Part shown: in pieces, positions 25,960 through 39,500 of the stretch
Layout of the letters: every line of letters starts with the position of its first letter
How positions within the stretch are numbered: position 1 is the first letter of the stretch
Source: Octopus sinensis
Lineage: Eukaryota
DNA length: 64,000 nt
Direction: 5' to 3'
Assembly (NCBI RefSeq): GCF_006345805.1
Contig: NC_043009.1
Coordinates: 56,544,001-56,608,000 of the forward strand
Made by a program: the position numbers and the translations under genes
The notes under the pieces: model-generated
What the model saw: only the letters and a program-made list of their open reading frames with translations
Told to the model about the DNA's origin: nothing
Database searches by the model: none

Positions 25960-28433
25960 ATCATCATCATCATCGTTGTTTAATGTCTGCCTTCCATGCT
26001 GGCATGAGTATCTCTTATTATAAAAGGCAGATTTTATCTGCCTCCCTTTGGGAGTTATACAAATCTACAATATAGGATTTCTTCAATTACAATTTACCTA
26101 GCAGTTTTAAGAGTACAATGCATCGCGTCATGCCAGGTCCAGTTTTTAAAATTTAAACTCCAATTAAGCAAGATTTACAGAAAACTCACATTCTGGTGTG
26201 TGTGTCAAATGCTTTTCTTAGTCTGGTTTACACCACACGCAAACGCACACACACAGTGGGCAACGAATAAAATGAAAGTAAATGTAATATTTGTTTCTGT
26301 CTATCACGCTGATAGATACATGAGTAAAATGTATGGGAAGCTAACAGATAACAGTGAGTGAAAATGTTCTTGGAAGAGAGTAAATTAGCGACAGTGATTT
26401 GAGGAAGACTAAACTGAAACTATGAAACAGTGTTTATGTATAAACAGACGACACTTATATAAACCCTTTCGTTACCAAACCGCCCGAATTTACCTATTCA
26501 TATTTAAATGAGAATATCAGAGTAAATCTCTTTAGTACATTCGTGAAAACACGTATTATACTTCGTAAACATTTCAAATACAGTTTTGTACAAAAATTGA
26601 AGTGTAATTTTAATTCCGTGAATTATGGGAGATTTTTTTCCGAAATTTGTTCCTATTGTGTTTTCAAAATTTGTAATTCTGACAAAAATGGATACAATTT
26701 CATTATATCAAGCAGCGAGTCAGAATTCGAAGGATTTTCTACTGAAGACCTTCATAAATCTAACTCTATGACTGAAAAAAAAAAGCATCTTTATATAAGA
26801 GTGAAGTTGTGTGTCTGTCCCCTTCGATTTACATTCGTAATTACTCCCACATTTTGCGGTGCAGTTTAACCAAAAGCGGGTATCTTATAGTCGTGATTCA
26901 TATCGAGCCCTTCTGGGTATTAGCGCGCGTCTACGATGAGTCTACGATTTAAAAAAAATTTACCATCATATTTTTCCATTTTAATGCATTTTTTTCGCTT
27001 TTATATAAGGGAAGTAACTCTCTAAAAATATCTACGATGTGTCAACGATTTAAAAAAAATTTACCTTAATTTTTTTTCAATTTTTAATGCATTTTTTTTG
27101 CTATTTTTTGGCTATAACTCTCTAAAAATGCTTATATAGTTATTTCCCTTACAACCCGAGCAACGCCGGGCGATACTGCTAGTATATATATATATATATA
27201 TATAATTAAGATTCAGTTGAATTAGGTACTCAAGTTGAGGCCCGAAGTCAGTCCAGTATTGTTAGCACAGCTTGAAGTTAGGTGAATAAGAAGCAAATAA
27301 GTAACAAGGATGTTCAGGTATTAGTGCATTATGGTCATTTCAAGTGACTCCATTTAATCAATCAATGCAAGCATTACATCATTTTGAAATAAACTGCTCT
27401 CCTCGGTTGCATAAGACCAGATAGGTTTTTCAACATACAGGATGTGTGCATGCATGCATGCATACAAATATTTACTAAGCTGTAGCAATCAAATATGAAC
27501 TATTAATGTGAAGAATAAATTTTATTTTTATCTGTTGTTGTGGTACAAGTTAAATTGATTATAAAGAATATAATTTATTTGTTTTATTAAATCTCAGAAC
27601 GAGATGTAAACAGTAATTGCTCGACAATGTAAAGTATTATAGCCATCTCAATATGGCTAACCACAAAGGGTGGTGTTACTGTAGCTATTTAGCCCCAGGA
27701 GATCATTGTCTCCAGCTGGCTTTAGACACAATTTCTCTTCCCTTATGGTATTTGCAAAGGGATGGCCTCCCTTTGCAAATACCATAAGGGCACAGAAATT
27801 GTGTCTAAAGCCAGCTGGAGACAATGATCTCCTGGGGCTAAATAGCTACAGTAACACCACCCTTGTGGTTAGCCATATTGAGATGGCTATAATACTTTAC
27901 ATTTACTTGTTGTTTTGTATATTTACTCATTGTTTTATTCATTTGTTTATTTATTTTGTCCCAGAGGGTTTTCTGCCTCTCATACGTCTTCTACGCTCCG
28001 ACAATGGTGAAACCTTACAAGCTGTTACACTCGTTCTTCGGTACCTCACAACTGCTAACTTATCCAGCTGTTTGTATGTATTTCTCCATCTTTCTCATTT
28101 CCATTGTTTAATTGAATTCTTGAAGCCTAAGTTTTAAAGATGCAAAATTTTGTGAACTCGATTACTATGATGTAGTCCAATGGACTTGATTTTAGAAACA
28201 CTCTGTTGGAGAAGGTTTAGCTGTATGACTAACATGTTCACTCTGCAGACATGGTGTTTTGGGTTCAGTCCTAATGCACAGCACTCTGGGCAAGTGTCTT
28301 TTTACACACATACATACATTCAAGCATGCATGCATGCATCCATCCATACATACATACAATACACACATACATACATACATACATACATACATACATACAT
28401 ACATAATACACAGACACATACATACACACATAC

Positions 28434-28464
<31 letters not shown>

Positions 28465-28543
28465 ATGTATACTTTTAAGCATGTGTGTATTTTCTGTACA
28501 TCATATGTTAGTTATAAATGTGTCACCACCATACAAACTAAAG

Positions 28544-28591
<48 letters not shown>

Positions 28592-29938
28592 GTATGTATG
28601 TATAAAATACAAAAATGGGACAAGAATGCAAAGCATCCAGATAGATGATACAAAGAAAACAAGGATGGGTCATTCAGAGTTTTCTTTCCTCAGTTGAGTT
28701 CCAGATTATCTTTGCAATTTCAGCTGGTTATACTCGAAATTGCTCCAATCTGGCCAGCCCCAAGGAAAAGCTAAGCTAAGAGCATTAGATTCCTTAGAAG
28801 AAAGTAGCAAATGTATATAAAAACAAGGGCAGAAAAAAGGAGATATGTTAATACAAATGCAAATAACAGGACATAACAACAGGTGTCTTTCGACTAAGGA
28901 CAAATTAAATTAAGCAGGAACATAAAATTTGACTGGCACAGGGAGGAATATAGATGTTGCATGGATGGTAGTTGAACCAAGAAAGAAAGGTCAGGCTTGG
29001 CTGAACACTGGTCACATGGAGAGAGAAGAGAGAGAGTTTGAGACAGAGGCATACAAGAATTAAGGAGGGGCAAGAAAAAATGAAAGGGACACAGTGACAT
29101 GAGAGAGGAGGGAAAGTGAGCATGAAGAGAAGGCCAGGAAATGTGAGAGAGGGGGAATGAAAGAACGAAGAGTGGAATGAATGAAGTGTGAAAGGACTGT
29201 ATATATATATATATTATATATATATATACACACACACACACCACACACACACACACACACATATATATATGTATGTATGTATAAAATACAAAAATGGGAC
29301 AAGAATGCAAAGCATCCAGATAGATGATACAAAGAAAACAAGGATGGGTCATTCAGAGTTTTCTTTCCTCAGTTGAGTTCCAGATTATCTTTGCAATTTC
29401 AGCTGGTTATACTCAAGATTGCTCCAATCTGGCCAGCCCCAGGAAAAGCTAAGCTAAGAGCATTAGATTCCCTGGAAGAAAGTAGCAAATGTATACAAAA
29501 ACAAGGGCAGAAAAAAAGGAGAAATGTTACACAAATACAAATGCAAATAACAGGACATAACAACAGGTGTCTTTCGACTAAGGACAAATTAAATTAAGCA
29601 GGAACATAAAATTTAACAAGCAGGGACATAAAATTTGACTAGCACAGGAAGGAATATAGATGTTGCATGGATGGTAGTTGAACCAAGAAAGAAAGGTCAG
29701 CCTTGGCTGAACACTGGTCACGTGGAGAGAGAAGAGAGAGAGAGAGAGTTAGAGACAGAGGCATAGAAGAATTAAGGAGGGTCAAGAAAAAAATGAAAGG
29801 GACATAGTGAAATGAGAGAGGAGGGAAAGTGAGCATGAAGAGAAGGCCAGGAAATGTGAGAGAGGGGGAATGAAAGAACGAAGAGTGGAATGAATGAAGT
29901 GTGAAAGGACTGTATATATATATATATATTATATATAT

Positions 29939-29992
<54 letters not shown>

Positions 29993-32900
29993 ATACACAC
30001 ACACACAACACACACACATCATCATCATCATTTAGCGTCCATTTTCCATGCTGGCATGGGTAAAATGGTTTGACTGGAACTGGTAAGACAGTCTCCAGTC
30101 TGATTTGGGCTTGGTTTCTACAGCTGGATGCCCTTTCCAAAAGCAGCCACTCCAACTATACACACACATAAGCATACATACAAGCACACACACACACACA
30201 CAGATCTTCTTTCAGTTTCTGCTCACCAAACCCTATCCACTCTGTTCACAAGACTTTGGTTGCCACTATAACAGAAGACACTTGCCCCTGGTGCTGCACA
30301 GTGGGTCTGAACCTGAAACCACTTAGTTGGGAAGTGAACTTCTTAACCATTCAATACTGCCTGTGCTTCAGCCTTGCCTGTACTAAATGTATATTAAAAA
30401 TATACTTAAAGAAGAGATATGCCATATCTATGCACAAACATATAGGGTAAAAATATTTATAAAAGCAACAGACAATGTTTATACCCAAATTGATGATATA
30501 AAATTATTTATTGAAAAAACAGCATTTATTTCCAAATATATATCATAAATATCTTTATTAGGAAAACAGAACAACTTATTGCAAAATATAATAATATAAA
30601 TATATTTACTGAAGAGATAGTATTTATCTCTAAATATAATATAAATATATTTATCGACGGAATTGCTTTTATATCTAACACTAATATAATATAAATAAAG
30701 ATATTTATTGAAGATGGAGAATTTGTATCCAAATGTAAAATAATATATTTACTGACAGATGACTACTTACATTCAATTCAATTATCATGTAAATATATCT
30801 AATATGATTGTTAAGAGTGTTTTATATGTAAGCATAATAAAATGTCTAACTATAAATAGATATATTTTTGAAGAGAGAGAGCGGGAGAGAAAGAAGGGAA
30901 GAGAGAGTGAAGGAGTTGGAGAATATTTGCACTCAATTATAATATATTTTATGAAAAAACAATTTTCATGTTTAAATATATGAAAATATTTTTTAAAAAG
31001 AGAGAATTTATATTGAAATATAGTTTAAATATATTTGTTGAAAACAATGAGAGAATTTTTGTCCAACTTTTGTCATAAAAGAAAAATATTACAAGTACTA
31101 AAAAACTGAAAACAATTAATGGTGTAATGGAATTATACATCCATAGAATTACATCACAAATACAAAAATGTACATAATCAACACACACCATATATATCAG
31201 GATGTGACTGGTGTAACTTGTGAATAATCATGGTTGTGATAGTATGACAAATGTTCATATTGAAAAAAAAAAAAGGAGCAATGCCTTGAAGGTTTCTCAA
31301 ACAAACTGACACTAGTATTCTACTTTAAGCTGGATATTTGTTTTATCAGTTTCCTTTGCTGAACTGCTAAGTTATGGGGATGTGAACAAGCCAGCACTGG
31401 TTGTTAAGCAGTAGGTGAATGTGACAAACATAAAACACATACACACACGTCAGGTGTGGAAACAAGGATTAGAATTGAAGGGTATCCAGCTGTAGAAACT
31501 CTGCTAGAGCAGATTGGAGCCTGGTGCAGCCATCTGGTTCACCAGTTCTCAGTCAAATCGTCCAACCCATGCCAGCATGGAAAGTGGACGTTAAACGATG
31601 ATGATGATGATCATCATCATATACACATACACACACAGACATACATACATACGCAATTTCTGTCTACCAAATTCATTTACAAGGCATTGATCAGTCCAGG
31701 GCTATTGTAGAAAACACTTGTCTTAGATGCTGTGCAGTGGGACTGAACCTGAAACCATGCAACTTCAAAGCAAGCTTGTTAACCACACAGTCATACCTGT
31801 GCCTGTATATGTGTATATAATTATTACTGAAATTTATGTTTTAAATTTCTATTTTGAAATTCTAGGGAAGTTTCAAAATCCCATGGAATTGGTCCACTGA
31901 TTCATCTGCTGGAAGACAGCAATGAAAGTGCTGTGTCCAATGCTGCCGCTGTTCTCACTAACCTTGCTCTCCATGAATCTCTTCGACAGGATGTCAAGCA
32001 AAAAGGTGTTGTTAGTGCCCTTGTGAAGGCTCTTAGGTTTGTGTAAGTATTTCTTTAAAACAAATTAATTATTAGAATGGTTGTATACTGTCAATCTAAC
32101 AAGAACGTGACAGTAGGGGGTACACCACCGCTGTATAGCCCTAGGAAGCATCGAACGCCTCCTGATGGCTTTGACACATTTTTCCCTGTGTCCTTATATA
32201 CATATACGAAGGGGAGACAAACACCCCCGGCTGCCGAAGCTGCATCTAGGGACACGTGTTTCAGGATCGTTGTCCTTCATCGGCCTAGAGTAGCAGACAC
32301 CGGTCAGCTGGTGATATTTGTCTCGACTTCGTAAACCTAAAAGTAGATATATTGGGGTTGTTGTTTTTTTCTCATTTCAAGGACATGATGTGCTGTAACT
32401 TCCAAAACTGATTGTGAGGAATACATATATTATTTATACGAGGTAATGGTGTCATTGAGACCCAAAGGTGTCAGGTAATGCTGAATAAGTATAGGTGTCA
32501 GGTAATGCTGAATAGGCGCAGGAGTGGCTGTGTGGTAAGTAGCTTGCTAACCAACCACATGGTTCCGGGTTCAGTCCCACTGCGTGGCATCTTGGGCAAG
32601 TGTCTTCTGCTATAGCCCCGGGCCGACTAATGCCTTGTGAGTGGATTTGGTAGACGGAAACTGAAAGAAGCCTGTCGTATATATGTATATATATATGTAT
32701 GTGTTTGTGTGTCTGCGTTTGTCCCTCTAGCATTGCTTGACAACCGATGCTGGTGTGTTTACGTCCCCGTCACTTAGCGGTTCGGCAAAAGAGACCGATA
32801 GAATAAGTACTGGGCTTACAAAAAATAAGACCCGGGGTCGATTTGCTCGACTAAAGGCGGTGCTCCAGCATGGCCGCAGTCAAATGACTGAAACAAGTAA

Positions 32901-35900
32901 AAGAGTAAAAGAAAGAGTAAGTGCTATAGACATACCATAGTTAAGTTCCAGGTTCGGTAATTTTGCGAATAAGGGGTTCAACGTTGGTCAGCATGTGTAT
33001 ATAAGAATGTTTTTTCGTAATGAGATAAAAAAAACCAAGTCTGTGTAGATATTAGAACATTTATAGATAGAAGGTCTTACAGCTGTTTCCAGGATATTTA
33101 TTAATTATATCCTTTCATCGGAGACAGTGTGAGAGGATGGTTAAGTAATAACTAATTTAGATAGGATACAAAATAGAGAGAAAGGTGGAGGAAAGAAAAT
33201 AGATGTGAGATATGTAGGGATATTGAATTTGTAGATCCATCTTTTAGGTAGAATGGTATATATGTAAGATTCCAATACCTTATTAGTAAAATACAAAGTA
33301 AATCCATACTCATAAGGTATTGGAATCTTAATAACAACAACGACGACAATGACGACAACGACAACAACAACAACAACAAAAACAACTACCTTAGGAATGA
33401 GAATCCAGGAGGTTCGAAATTTCTCCAGGACACCTGAAGAAGGCTGGAAAGTATATCAGCTGAAACATAGTGTTAACAAAAAGCAAGATGAGGACAAGTA
33501 TCTGTCAAATGTAAATAATGAATCTATTTTTAAATTGAAATATTTCAGAAACAATAAAGCAACTCAGAGCCAGGTGTTGTTGGCACTTGCCAATTATGCA
33601 AGCAGTCCTTTATCAAGAGATGAAGTAAGTATAATGATTAGAGAACAATTGTTTTTCTGTTTTTCTACTTTTTCTTGAATTTGTAATACTGAAAACCTGT
33701 TGTGAATATCCTCTGTTTTGGATGTATCACCAAGAGTGATACAAAAGCAGACACTGGTACTAAATTTATCGATCCCGAAAGGATGAAAGGCATTTCATCG
33801 AGCATGCTAATGATTCTGTAGTGTGTGCGAGATAGTCGATATATAAAGGCACCTACCTTCTCTTCGCTCTGATAGAGACCCTTCAGTGGTAACGGATCCT
33901 TCGTCACAGCCCCGACCCGAACGCTAAAGATAGCAGCTGCTTCACCCAACCTTAGCAACGTCTTCATACGTCTTAACACCTCGATGACCCTCGTTGGAAA
34001 GGCCGAAATCCCCGCTCCCTGCGCACGCCTCACAGCTGCCCCTTCCGGTTGCCCCAACTTCCGGTCAACGCACCCAGCTGCTGACGTCATCCCACAGATT
34101 CTGCCAGCTTGCTGCCTTCTATGTAAAATAATAATAATAATAAAGTAAATCTGATTTAGAAAAATTACTTTTGTTGTTTGAAATATTTGAAAAGGTTTGG
34201 TTCAGTTTTTATTAATTTTTCTCTAATATTTTTTTTCACTCTTTCACATCTAACTTCTCACTGAATCAGTTGAGAAATGCAAATGGCATTGAACCAGTGG
34301 TAAAACTACTGAAATCTGAAGATAAAGATGTTGTGAAAAATGCAGCATGGGCTATCTACGTAAGTGCTGCAGATGAAGCAACAGCTCATGAGATATGTAT
34401 TTGTGGGTAAGTAATTCACACATCATGCATATTTATGAATTTCTTCTACTAAAATGCCTTAGCAAACCCCTGGAAACTTCTCAGGGGTCAAAGCAGTTGG
34501 TAGTTAGTATTGTAAGTTTATGATATATCTCCATGTATTTCCTAAGTCAATGTTATTACTAGCGGTAATAACATTGGTACTAACAGGTGGTACTGGCAAT
34601 GGCCACGCTCAAATGGTGTTTTTTACGTGTCACCTGCACAGGAGCCAGTCCAGCAACACTGGCAACGACCTTGCTCGAATTTTGTTTTTTATGTGCCAGT
34701 AAGGCGATGCTGGCAATGATCACGCTCGAATGGTGCTTTTTACATGCCACCGGCACAGGAGCCAGTCAGCGGCCTTGGCAATGATCATGCTCGGATGGTG
34801 CTCTTAGTGCTCCACTAGAATGGATGCCAGTCATGTGGTGCTGTCATCGAATTCGATTTCGATTTCACTTGCCTCAACAGGTCTTCGCAAGCAGAGTTTA
34901 GTGTCCAATGAAGGAAAGGTATTCATAAGTGGACTGGTTACACCACTGGCATAGACTATGGGTTATGGCCTCACTTGGCTTGCCGGGTCTTCTCAAGCAC
35001 AGCATATTTCCAAAGGTCTCAGTCACTAATCATTGCCTTGGTGAGGCCTAATCTTCGAAGGTCGTGCTTCACCACCTCATCCTAGGTCTATCTCTTCTAC
35101 AGGTTCCATCAACCTCTAGGGTGTAACACTTTTTTACTCAGCTATCCTTATCCATTCTTGTCACATTACAATACCAGCGCAGTTGTCTCCCTGTCATTAG
35201 TTAATAATTCAAATAGATTACAGATTATTTTCAACTCACCAAATTATGTTAGCCTTCAATTATCTTAATGATAATAGTTTTGCTTGGTTATAGGTTAGCA
35301 AGTGTAGAAAGTTGATTAAAATCTGAAAAATTTTTATTATCTATTATTTTTTATATAATATTGATAGATATTTCTGAAATATTAAAATTGTCTATATATT
35401 CTGTTAAAATAAATGTCTTATGATTTTATTTCTTTCAAAGTGGCCTAAATACACTCCAGGAGATTAATTTGAACCCAACACGTCGTAATCAATTCACCGC
35501 AGCAGCTCTTGAACGTCTATTTGACAACAATCTTTCTGCAAAGTTCTCGTTTTGTGGCTACCTTTGTGAGAAAACACTTTTTCTTCTGATAACAACCATC
35601 TAGACCAGCAGTCACACACTTTTACAATTACTGTCCCTTTTGGCAAATTATTAAATCTTGTTTCACAGTTGGTAGTGTGTCTCCATTCTTTATCTTCCTT
35701 AGTTGCTATGTACCAACAAGAGTGTTACCATTCACATGGTTGGTAATATTAGGAATATACTTTTACCACTGTTGATTGTATACAATGATATTACATTGGC
35801 AGTTAATTAGTTTTTAAATAGTATCATTGTTTTTGATGAGGTATATATTTTTGCTAATACACAAATGAAAAATTTGTTTTAGATAATTTTGTATATATTA

Positions 35901-36465
35901 CTAATTCAAACCCATTGCTACGTTGCTGGATAAAATTATTTCTAAATCATGCACATACCTTCATAAATTGTGCAAATAATGTTTAGATTGACTTTCATTG
36001 TAAACATTAGTAACAATATATATATATATATATTTTCATTCCAAGAAAGTTAGAGGCTGTGAATCCAACCAACTAAGGAATAATATCTATCCAATATACT
36101 GCTGGTAGAATACCCAATTATTAATACACAAGTGTTTTTTATTGCATTGCAATTACATTACCGACTGTACTAAATGGGTGAAAGTAAAGAGATATTTTAC
36201 CATTAATTCATAGAGCAATAAGAAAATGGAGGGGATCAATAGGTGGTTCATCAACTTTTTAGACATTATATTATGTCAACTTATTTATTTATATATTTAC
36301 TAAAATGACAATTACAAGAATATACATACATGTATAACATATTATGCTTTACATATAAAATATATTAATATATAAAGATACCAGTAATTATTAAAATATA
36401 ACATACAGGAATATAAATTGGGAAAGTTGATGAACCACCTATTGATCCCCTTCATTTTCTTATTG

Positions 36466-36510
<45 letters not shown>

Positions 36511-39500
36511 ATTGCCAACCAAGTGTGGCATCCCATACAGGACAGTGCTACTGGCATTTATAGCCCCAGGAAGACATCTCCTTCAGCTGGCTAATGATGC
36601 ACATTCTGTGTCCAGTGACTGAAATAAGTGAAAGTAAAGATAAAAGAAAAAGAAATCTACTTTTAATTTAATAGCTACTTTCAATTTTGAAGATTCATAT
36701 TCATTTTGTATAAGCATCATGGAATTAGAATAAAGTAAAATTACAATAATTCTACCTATATAACATTACCGATGTCTCTCATCTACTCGACCCTTTTGTA
36801 ACTATATTTCTATTGAAATATATTACCTTTCTTCAACATCGTTTTAATGCTCACTTTTCCCTATTTGTCAGGGTTGAAGTTTATTAAGTCAGCTTCTTTT
36901 TATGACTAGATGCCCTTGCTGTTACTAGCCCTCTTCTGTTTCCAAGCAAGGTAATACTTCCCTATGGCCAAACATGTTTTTGCAGAATTTTGGAAAGGAA
37001 TAACATGGCTTGTATGACAGTGACATTTATTTACAACTGTCATGTGATGTCAAGACAAGGAAACACACACACACAAGCATACATAATTATATGATGAATT
37101 TCTTTCAGTTTCCATTTGCCAAACCCACTCACTAAGCTCTGGTTGGACCAGGGCTCAAATAGAGGACACTTGTCCAAGATGCCATGCAATAAGACAAACT
37201 TAAAATCCTGTGGTTGGGAAGAAAACCTCTCGACCACATAGCCACAGTTGCACCTATTGCCTTTGCCTCAGTGATGTTGAGAACAATGAAGAATTTAGTA
37301 AATTACACTGACATGATCAAACTTGTGTTTGAAACATATTTTAATGGAAGATTTTAATTTAGACCCTTTTAAAATATGAAAGTTTGTATCATAGAACAGG
37401 AGGCAAACTCAGGAAGGTTGTGTCAGAAGGATTCAATTTGTAAAAACTGGGAAGCAGGTACCAGATTGGTGAACTCTGGCAGTCCATGAAAAGTCTAAGT
37501 CAAGATCAGTATAGTAGGGGAATATGAAGGCTTGAGAACATGATAATATTATATCACAGTTGATAGTAGGACATGTAGTGTCAGTTAACCTTTCTCAGTT
37601 GAAAGATTTAACCCTTTCGTTATCGTATTTATTTTGTGATGCTCTGTGCTTCTTTCAATTAATTTTAAATACAACAAAGAATTTAGTAAAATAACTTAGT
37701 TATCATTAAGCTAGTGTTAGGAACATAGATTGTACTAAGGTTTGGTGGAAGATTTTAATTCAGAACTTTTGAAAACAAGACATTTTTACTACAGATCCAG
37801 AGGCGGTTTCAGCTGGGTTGGTATCGAAAGGGTTAATATAATCCCTAGAAAAATTTATTTATTATTTGATACATGCTGTATTTGATTGCATATTAGATGC
37901 GCTTTCCTTTTTTGTTTTCTCAAAAAATGTTTTAAAAAAATTACTGTAGGTCATGCATGTGAAGTTGGGTCTCCTGTAAGCTAATTTTGTCCACGGTGCT
38001 CACTTGTTACAGAATATGCCCTGCTGAAATTGGATTGCATTTAATATACTCCAGTGTCTTTCATGCCATCAAACATGGTTATCATTATTTTGTTAATCCC
38101 AGTTTCATGTCTGAAGTAATGTCAACAAAGACTGGTTTCTAATGTTGGAGATAATATGCAAACCTTGACTTACAAAAACACATTTAGACAAATAAAAATT
38201 GGAAACTGAAAATATATTTATTTTACCATTTGAATTTTAATCCACAGCTCCTACTAATATAATTACCGATGGCTTTTTTTATGCTGGTCGACTGAAACTG
38301 AATGCACAATTTAAATCCTTAGAGGAATTAAACACTCAGAAGATGAAGGACCGCAAACCTATCATAGTGATTAATGCGAAATTTGAGTGAGTATAGAAGA
38401 AAAAACGGATCTTTACCTTTTGACCTACAGATTTAAAAAATAATTTTTTGTAACTAAGCACTTTCAAACTTTGGACACTGGTAGAATGTGTCATATAAAA
38501 CATCTTTTACTCTTAGCATTTTTGAGAAAAAACTTATATTTATGAAATTATTTCACGTTAAAGTTCTCGTATTTCGGTAATTTCAACCAATCAATGACGT
38601 GTATTCAGCTGAATAAAATTACTGCTGTTGTTTGTCAACAAGAACTTCCAGCGATGTATATTTTGTTTGTCACTGTTATTTATGACAACTCTAACCCTAA
38701 AACCTTAAAATCAGTACAAACGCACGAATGACTGTGGTCAGACGCAAAAAGGGCTAGTAGTCTCTCTTTTTTTTCTCACCTCTCCTTGATTCTTCCGTCT
38801 ATCTACTTCTACACATTCTCTCTCTCTCTTCTCCCCCTCCTTAATTCCTTTGTTCCTCTTTTTATTTCTCTTCTCTTCTCCAGTGACTGTTGGTCGATTG
38901 CTAGCCCTTTTTGCATCTGACCACGGTCACTGCCACATTGATATTCTTCCCTCTGCCGTAAGTACTCAGCTAGTACTCATTTACAGTTGAGTAGACTTGA
39001 GCTACATGAAACCAAGTACCTTGCTCAAAGACACAATGCATTATCTGGTCCAGGAATTGAACTCACAATGTCATGATCATGAGCCAAATACCCTGACCAT
39101 TAGGCCACACACCTTCACTGTGTTATTTTTTTATTGTAGATATGTCTGACTTGTTTAAAATATCATCATGGATTTTTTTGTTTTCCTTTCATAGAGCTCC
39201 AGCAAAAGAAGATGAAAAACAAGAAGATATTAACAGCAGGGTTTTTAAATTTAAAAGAGATGTGTAAGTTGATTTTTGCATTATGACTTTTTAATGTGTT
39301 TTTCCTATATTTGAGACTAGCAGTATAGCTCGGCTTTGCTCGGGATTTAGTTAGGATTATTAAGCTAATCAAGCTCTTTATTTCAAAGCAAACTAACAGC
39401 AACGTCAAATCTGAGTGAAATCTGTTGAAATTGATAAACTTTTGGCTGAAATTTTGCAGACAATTTGATTGGGAAATCCCATAAGGAATTGGTTTATCGA

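Noticed and set aside
27706-28137. 143-aa ORF as a standalone gene
   Set aside because: It is ARMC3 exon 11 plus read-through of intronic palindrome sequence.
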